Program-made: the position numbers and the translations under genes
The notes under the pieces: model-generated
Database searches by the model: none
What the model was told of the DNA's origin: nothing
What the model saw: only the letters and a program-made list of their open reading frames with translations
Origin: Vicinamibacteria bacterium
Lineage (GTDB): Bacteria; Acidobacteriota; Vicinamibacteria; Marinacidobacterales; Marinacidobacteraceae
DNA length: 64,000 bases
Direction of reading: 5' to 3'
Assembly: GCA_963668695.2 (NCBI GenBank)
Contig: CAXXLQ010000004.1
Coordinates: 3,808,001-3,872,000, forward strand
In this document: piece after piece, positions 58,524 through 64,000 of the stretch
Numbering within the stretch: the stretch's first letter is position 1
How the letters are laid out: each line of letters begins with the position of its first letter

Positions 58524-60794
58524 ATGAGAACCCGGATCGCCCTCTTCGTAACCGCCGGCCTGCTCTTCGCCGCCGGAGCCCCAGCCCAGACCGAACCCGC
58601 CCAGACCGAATCGGCCCAGACCGAACCAGCCCAGACCGAACCCGCCCAGACCGAACCCATCGAGCTGAGCCAGCTCTACGGTCCGGAGGCGCTCTCGTTC
58701 TCCCCCGAGCTCCCGCGGGTCCGCTGGATGCCCGGTGGAACGCACTACCTGACCGGGGCCGGAGAGGAAGCCGAACGCTCCTGGAACGTGGTGGAGGCCG
58801 CTACCGGCGCCTCCCGGGCTCTTTACGACGCGGACGCCCTGGCCGCGGCGCTCACTGAGACGCTCTCGCTTCCGGAAGAAGAGGCTGCCCGGGCGGCGCG
58901 GCCGGCGTCGCTCACCATGTCCACCGGCGGAGAAAGGCTGCTCCTGAACCTGGCTTCCGACCTTTTCTCCTGGGAGCCGGCCGAGGGCGCCCTCCGCCGG
59001 CTGACCCGGGGCCCGGAGACCGAGGAACTGGCCCGCTTCTCGCCGGACGGGAACCGCATCGCCTTCATCCGCGACAACGACCTCCACGTCGTGGATCTCG
59101 CGGGCGGCGATCTCCGGCTCACCACCGGGGGCGGACCCGACCTCCTGAACGGGAAGCTCGATTGGGTCTATCAGGAGGAGATCTACGGGCGCGGCAACTT
59201 CTTCGCCCACTGGTGGAGCCCCGACGGCAGCCGGATCGCGTTCCTGCAGAGCGACGAGCGGGACGTCCCCCGTTTCACCGTCGTGGACCACATCCCCTAC
59301 CACCTGGGACTCGAGGTCTATCCCTATCCGAAGGCCGGAGACCCGAATCCCCGCGTCCGTCTCGGCGTCGTCCCATCGTCCGGGGGCGACGTCGTCTGGT
59401 TGAACCCCGGCGGCTACGGCAACGCGGAGACGCTGATCGTGAACGTGGCGTTTTCTCCGGACGGCGACGTCTGGTACCAGGTTCAGGACCGGACCCAGAC
59501 TTTCCTGGATCTCCACCGGGCGGACTCGCGGACCGGCGAGTCGTCGCGGGTGCTGCGGGAAGATGCCGGGCCCTGGGTCAACGGACACGGCGCCCCCCAC
59601 TTCCTCTCGGAAGCGAGTGGCGGCGGTTTCCTCTGGTTCAGCGAACGAACCGGCTTCAAGCACCTCTACCGCTACGACGCGGCCGGCGAGCTGGCCGGCG
59701 CGCTCACCGAAGGCCGTTTCGAGGTCCGGCGACTCCACGCGGTGGACGAAGAGGCCGGGGCGGCGTATGCCTCGGGTACCTACCGCTCGTCGCTGGGCGC
59801 CGACACTCTGAAAGTGGCCCTCGACGGGTCCGGCGCGACCCTGCTGGGCGAGGCGCCGGGCACGCATCAGGCCAACTTCCCGGAGGGGCCGAACGTCGAG
59901 CACTACGTGGCCGTATCCCACGATCTGGACAGCCCCCCGCGGATGAGCCTGCGCCGCGCCGCCGACGGCGCCGCCCTCCGCGATCTTGGAGGCGGCGAAG
60001 TTCCAGACCTCGCCCGCTTCGAGATCTCTCCGCCGGAGCTACTGAAGATCCCCACCGCGGACGGCACGCAACTCGAAGCGATGATGGTGCGGCCGCACGG
60101 CTTCGATGCTTCGCGCGTCTACCCGGCCTGGGTCCACGTATACGGAGGCCCCCACGCACCCCAGGTCCGCGACGCCTGGCCGGGGACGCGCGGCATGTGG
60201 TTCCAGTACCTCGCCCAGCAGGGGATCGTGGTCCTCGTGGTGGACAACCGGATCGCCTCCGGCAAGGGGGTGGAGTCCACCTGGCCGGTGTACGGCAACT
60301 TCGGCGAGCAGGAACTCAGCGATCTGGTCGAGGCGGTGGACTGGCTCGGCTCCCGCGATTTCGTGGACGCCTCCCGGATCGGAGTGGACGGCTGGAGCTT
60401 CGGCGGCTACATGACGCTCACCGCGCTCACCAAGTCCGACCGTTTCCGCGCCGGCATCGCGGGCGGCAGCGTCGTGGACTGGCGCGACTACGACTCGGTG
60501 TACACCGAGCGTTACATGAGCACGCCGGACGAAAACCCGTCGGGCTATCAGAAGAGTTCCGTGCGCGAGGCGGCCGGGAACCTCACCGGCGACCTGCTGC
60601 TGATCCACGGGACGATGGACGACAACGTGCACCTCCAGAACACCGTGCAGTTCGTCCACGACCTGCAAGAGGCCGGGAAACCCTTCGAACTGATGGTCTA
60701 TCCGCAGTCGCGCCACGGGGTTCGGGACGACAACCTGGTGCTCCACCTGCGGGAGACCATGGCGCGGTTCATCCTGAAGACGGTGTCGCCCTAG
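58524..60794 (+). CDS. S9B dipeptidyl peptidase IV family protein
   Basis: DWVYQEE, YPKAG, GWSFGG, IHGTMDDNVH, SRHG. Confidence 0.93.
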   Translation: MRTRIALFVTAGLLFAAGAPAQTEPAQTESAQTEPAQTEPAQTEPIELSQLYGPEALSFSPELPRVRWMPGGTHYLTGAGEEAERSWNVVEAATGASRALYDADALAAALTETLSLPEEEAARAARPASLTMSTGGERLLLNLASDLFSWEPAEGALRRLTRGPETEELARFSPDGNRIAFIRDNDLHVVDLAGGDLRLTTGGGPDLLNGKLDWVYQEEIYGRGNFFAHWWSPDGSRIAFLQSDERDVPRFTVVDHIPYHLGLEVYPYPKAGDPNPRVRLGVVPSSGGDVVWLNPGGYGNAETLIVNVAFSPDGDVWYQVQDRTQTFLDLHRADSRTGESSRVLREDAGPWVNGHGAPHFLSEASGGGFLWFSERTGFKHLYRYDAAGELAGALTEGRFEVRRLHAVDEEAGAAYASGTYRSSLGADTLKVALDGSGATLLGEAPGTHQANFPEGPNVEHYVAVSHDLDSPPRMSLRRAADGAALRDLGGGEVPDLARFEISPPELLKIPTADGTQLEAMMVRPHGFDASRVYPAWVHVYGGPHAPQVRDAWPGTRGMWFQYLAQQGIVVLVVDNRIASGKGVESTWPVYGNFGEQELSDLVEAVDWLGSRDFVDASRIGVDGWSFGGYMTLTALTKSDRFRAGIAGGSVVDWRDYDSVYTERYMSTPDENPSGYQKSSVREAAGNLTGDLLLIHGTMDDNVHLQNTVQFVHDLQEAGKPFELMVYPQSRHGVRDDNLVLHLRETMARFILKTVSP
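58584..58658. repeat. 15-bp tandem repeat x5 encoding AQTEP linker
   Basis: gcccagaccgaa(ccc/tcg/cca) x5 just after the signal peptide. Confidence 0.9.
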
Positions 60795-62002
60795 TCCCCG
60801 GCCAGGGCCGCCACCTGCTCGGCGATGGCGAGCGACGCCGTGGCCGCGGGCGAAGGGGCGTTCAGCACGTGGATGCGGTTCTCGCGGCGCACGATGCGGA
60901 AGTCGTCCGCGATGCGGCCGTCCGGGAGCACGGCAATCGCCCGCACCCCGGAGGGCGAGGCGGTGAGATCTTCCGCGCGGATTTCCGGCACCAAACGCTG
61001 CAACCGCCGGGTGAAGGCCCGTTTCGAGAGGGACCGGTGGATCTCGTCCACCCCGACGCGCCACTCGCGCAGCGCCAGACGGCGGAACCCGGAATAGCCC
61101 GCCATCTGCCGGAGATCGCCGAGGTCCAGATCGCGGCGGCGGTACCCCTCGCGGGCGAGGGCGAGCACCGCATTCGGGCCCGCGTCCACCTGCTTGTCGA
61201 GGTTTCGGTGGAGGTGCACCCCGAGGAACGGGAACCGCGGATCGGGCGTCGGGTAGATCAGCCCGCGCACCAGCCCGGCCCGTTCCGGCCGGACCCGGAA
61301 GTACTCGCCCCGAAAAGGCACCACCTGCAGTTCCGGATCGTCCCCCGCCAGTCGCGCGACGCGGTCGGCGTGGAGGCCGGCACAGGTGACGAGCCGCCGG
61401 CAGGCGAAATCCCCTCTCGTGGTGAGAATCCGGGTCCCGCCGTCAGAACGGGAAAACCCGAGCACCCGCGCGCCGGTCTCCACCCGGCCCCCCGCAGTCT
61501 CGAAGAGACGGCGGAGCGTCGCCGCCACCTCACGGAAACGGACCACCCCGGAGGTCGGGGAGTGGAGCGCCGCGACCCCCTCGGCGTGGGGTTCGATCTC
61601 GCGGAGCGCCGCCCGATCCAGCAGGCGGAGGCCGGGAACGCCGTTCGCTTCACCGCGCCGATGCAACTCGTCGAGCCGGCCCCGTTCGGCCTCGTTCGCG
61701 GCGACGATCACCTTGCCCGAAAGGGCGAAGGGAACTGCGTGTTCCCGGCAGAAACGGAGCAGCAGCTCCACCCCGCGGCGGCAGTTCCGGGCCCGGAGCG
61801 AACCGGGCGCGTAGTAGATCCCGGAATGAATGACCCCGCTGTTCCTTCCGGTCTGGTGCCGGGCGATGTCCGCCTCCTTCTCGAGAACCAGAATCGACCG
61901 CGAGGGCGCCGTTTCCTGAAGGCGGCGCGCCACCGCCAGGCCGACGATCCCTCCCCCGACCACCGCGACGTCCAGAGGTTTCGTCCCGCCCGCTCCGCTC
62001 AT
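60791..62002 (-). CDS. lhgO: L-2-hydroxyglutarate oxidase
   Basis: VVGGGIVG, HQTGRNSGVIHSGIYY, FRGEY, PDPRFPFLGVH, NAPSPAATASL. Confidence 0.92.
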   Translation of the reverse strand: MSGAGGTKPLDVAVVGGGIVGLAVARRLQETAPSRSILVLEKEADIARHQTGRNSGVIHSGIYYAPGSLRARNCRRGVELLLRFCREHAVPFALSGKVIVAANEAERGRLDELHRRGEANGVPGLRLLDRAALREIEPHAEGVAALHSPTSGVVRFREVAATLRRLFETAGGRVETGARVLGFSRSDGGTRILTTRGDFACRRLVTCAGLHADRVARLAGDDPELQVVPFRGEYFRVRPERAGLVRGLIYPTPDPRFPFLGVHLHRNLDKQVDAGPNAVLALAREGYRRRDLDLGDLRQMAGYSGFRRLALREWRVGVDEIHRSLSKRAFTRRLQRLVPEIRAEDLTASPSGVRAIAVLPDGRIADDFRIVRRENRIHVLNAPSPAATASLAIAEQVAALAGD

Positions 62003-62007
62003 CGGCT

Positions 62008-62715
62008 TAGTAGCCTGTGGATAGAGTGGCGTGAGCACCGAGACCGGCGAGGCCCAGTTCTCCCGGTGGGGCCAGTTCTCCCGGTGGGGGCCCGGCTGAC
62101 AAGGCGCGCGAGGGAGGAGCCCCCACCGGGAGAACTGGCCCGAGGGTATTCCGACCGAAGCGTAACGATGAGCAAAGCGAAGCGGAGTGGTTCAGCCGGG
62201 ATGCATCGCCGGTCGCTTCCGGAGCGGGGCGCAAGCACCGCGGAGACCCCGGAGCGAGAGGGATGGGGGACGGGGACACCCGGCTCCGATCCCTCTTGGC
62301 TCGGGCTTCCGGAGCGGGGCGCGAGCACCGCGGAGACCCCGGAGCGGAAGGGACGGGGGGCGGGGTCACCCGACCACCATCCCTCTTGGCTCGGGCTTCC
62401 GGAGCGGGGCGCGAGCACCGCGGAGACCCCGGAGCGGAAGGGACGGGGGGCGGGGTCACCCGACCACCATCCCTTCTGGCTCGGGCTTCCGGAGCGGGGC
62501 GCGAGCACCGCGGAGACCCCGGAGCGGAAGGGATGGGGGACGGGGACACCCGGCCCCCATCTCTCTTGGCTCGGGCTTCCGGAGCGGGGCTCGGGCTTCC
62601 GGAGCGGGGCGCAAGCACCGCGGAGACCCCGGAGCGAGAGGGACGGGGGACGGGTCCACCCGGCCCCCATCCCTCTTGACTCGGGAATGCCGCGTGACTT
62701 TGTCCACAGGCGGCT
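62008..62715. mobile_element. MITE-like element, TIR subtype 2 (copy I), with 5 x 90-bp array
   Basis: TAgtagcctgtggatagagtggcgtg...cgcgtgactttgtccacaggcggct. Confidence 0.78.
62215..62684. repeat. 90-bp tandem array, 5 units plus one 20-bp internally deleted unit
   Basis: Units at 62215, 62305, 62395, 62485, (62575 short), 62595. Confidence 0.9.
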
Positions 62716-62851
62716 CACGCCCTCATGGTGTCAGAAGGCGGCAGTATCACCAGCGCCGCAACCTCTTGAACGCGAATTCAGAAGATCCCCGCAATTCCTT
62801 GAATTCGAGGTCAATTCCGAACCGGAGCGCCGGCGCCTCGTTGCCGGGGAT

Positions 62852-63550
62852 ATGCGCGTTCGTCTCCGACCCCTTCTCCTCTCCGGCGCTCTCCTCACCG
62901 CGTCGAACTCCGCCGCCTCGAACTCCGCCGCGGTTTCTCCCGGCCTCCTCCTTCCGCAGATCGAGTTGCCGGCGGTCGCTCGGACGGAGCCGCTCCAGGT
63001 GCGGTTCTATGACCCCTATCACCTGCTTTCCCGCGAGACCCGCGAACGGCTCCAGGAGGAGGTGGTCCTCGCTTTCGAGGCGAGCGAAATCGGACTCCGT
63101 TTCGTCGGCCGCGGAGGCCCGGGGGTGATTCCCGCAACCCTCTATCCCGAGCTCCCGGACCGCTGGGACGTTGCCCCCGAGGCGATCGGAGTAGCGATCG
63201 GGGTGCAGGGGGAACGCCGGTCGATATTCCTGTCGCTCGGGGCCGCCGAGCGGGCGCTCGGTTTGCCCCTTGCCCGGCGCACCGAGTGGAACGGAAAGGG
63301 GAAGCGGGCAAAACGCCACCTGGCGGGCTCGCAGCCCCGCCGCCTCGGAATCGCCCTCGGCCGCGTCCTTGCCCACGAACTCACCCACACGATCGCCCCC
63401 GAATGCCCCCACACGAAGAGCGGTCTGATGGCAAAGCGGCTGAGCCGCAGAATGCTTACCGCTCCCGGAGTCCGGTTCGACGCCCAGGCGACCCGTCACC
63501 TGCAGCAAAGGGTGGCGAATCTCCGCGCGAACGCTCCGGAGTCAGGCTGA
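62852..63550 (+). CDS. Exported HExxH putative Zn-metalloprotein
   Basis: Signal peptide; LGRVLAHELTH...HTKSGLM. Confidence 0.7.
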   Translation: MRVRLRPLLLSGALLTASNSAASNSAAVSPGLLLPQIELPAVARTEPLQVRFYDPYHLLSRETRERLQEEVVLAFEASEIGLRFVGRGGPGVIPATLYPELPDRWDVAPEAIGVAIGVQGERRSIFLSLGAAERALGLPLARRTEWNGKGKRAKRHLAGSQPRRLGIALGRVLAHELTHTIAPECPHTKSGLMAKRLSRRMLTAPGVRFDAQATRHLQQRVANLRANAPESG

Positions 63551-63654
63551 TCCGGCTCCCGGAGAGGCCCGGGCCCGGCCCCCGGAGAAACCCGGACCCG
63601 GCCCCCCGTCGAATATGGAGAGGAGCGCCCGCCGGACCCGGTTAGAGTTTGCCT

Positions 63655-64000
63655 ATGCGGCGTCAGAGTCCGCACCGGCAGCGGATCCTCGTGCTCGCCG
63701 GCCTGGTGGCCGGCGCCCTCGGGGTCGCCCTGTTCCAGGGCGCGCTCACCATGCCGGAACGGGTGGAAGCGCTCTACACCACCGGTATCTATCCGCTGGT
63801 CGTCCGCGGGTTCTCCTTCCTCAGCGGCCTCGTTCCCTTCTCGCTGGCCGAACTGCTGATCGCGGCCGCCGCCTTGTTCGTGATCGCGCGCCTCACCTGG
63901 CGCCTCACCTCGCGCCTCACCTGGCGGTTGACCGGCCGCTTCCGACAAAACGCCGCGACCGGGGAATCGCCGCCGGCGCAAACCACCACTCTCCGCCGGC
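63655..64000 (+). CDS. DUF3810-like membrane protein, partial (runs off window end)
   Basis: Manual translation: PERVEALYTTGIYP...LSGLVPFSLAELL. Confidence 0.6.
   Translation, partial: MRRQSPHRQRILVLAGLVAGALGVALFQGALTMPERVEALYTTGIYPLVVRGFSFLSGLVPFSLAELLIAAAALFVIARLTWRLTSRLTWRLTGRFRQNAATGESPPAQTTTLRR

Noticed and set aside
56802-63550. 1330-aa and 1462-aa giant ORFs
   Set aside because: Only 58524-60794 (DPP-IV) and 62852-63550 (HExxH protein) are credible. The rest overlaps antisense genes, an alternative frame or MITE DNA.

Overview
High-GC bacterial chromosomal window of about 47 CDS. The gene content (DUF1592/DUF1552/ankyrin, DUF1549/1553-DUF1501, HExxH proteins) suggests an Acidobacteriota-like organism, which is an inference. 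Most of it is housekeeping or catabolic: amidohydrolases, metG, an Fe3+ ABC transporter, HtrA, Na+/solute symporters, cofE-npdG, xth, a PLP decarboxylase, DPP-IV and lhgO. Stand-out items: (1) A translationally coupled, more AT-rich 4-gene cassette at 6844-10499 (small 'MSDGPH' protein, QatC/Cap9-type QueC-like enzyme, HTH-Zn-peptidase, PIN-like protein). It looks like a candidate anti-phage or stress system joining a QatBC-like module to a RosmerTA-like module. (2) A dense family of TA-targeting MITE-like elements (8 copies, 2 TIR subtypes). One subtype carries expandable 90-bp tandem arrays, and the elements are peppered with a non-palindromic ~20-bp motif. (3) A ~6.1-kb tandem duplication of a cytochrome-c/DUF1592-DUF1552-ankyrin module with patchy identity and a 1-bp frameshift in one CxxCH motif. 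(4) Three further toxin-antitoxin pairs. No rRNA, tRNA, CRISPR array, integrase or transposase was recognised. All family calls come from motif recognition by eye, not from database searches.
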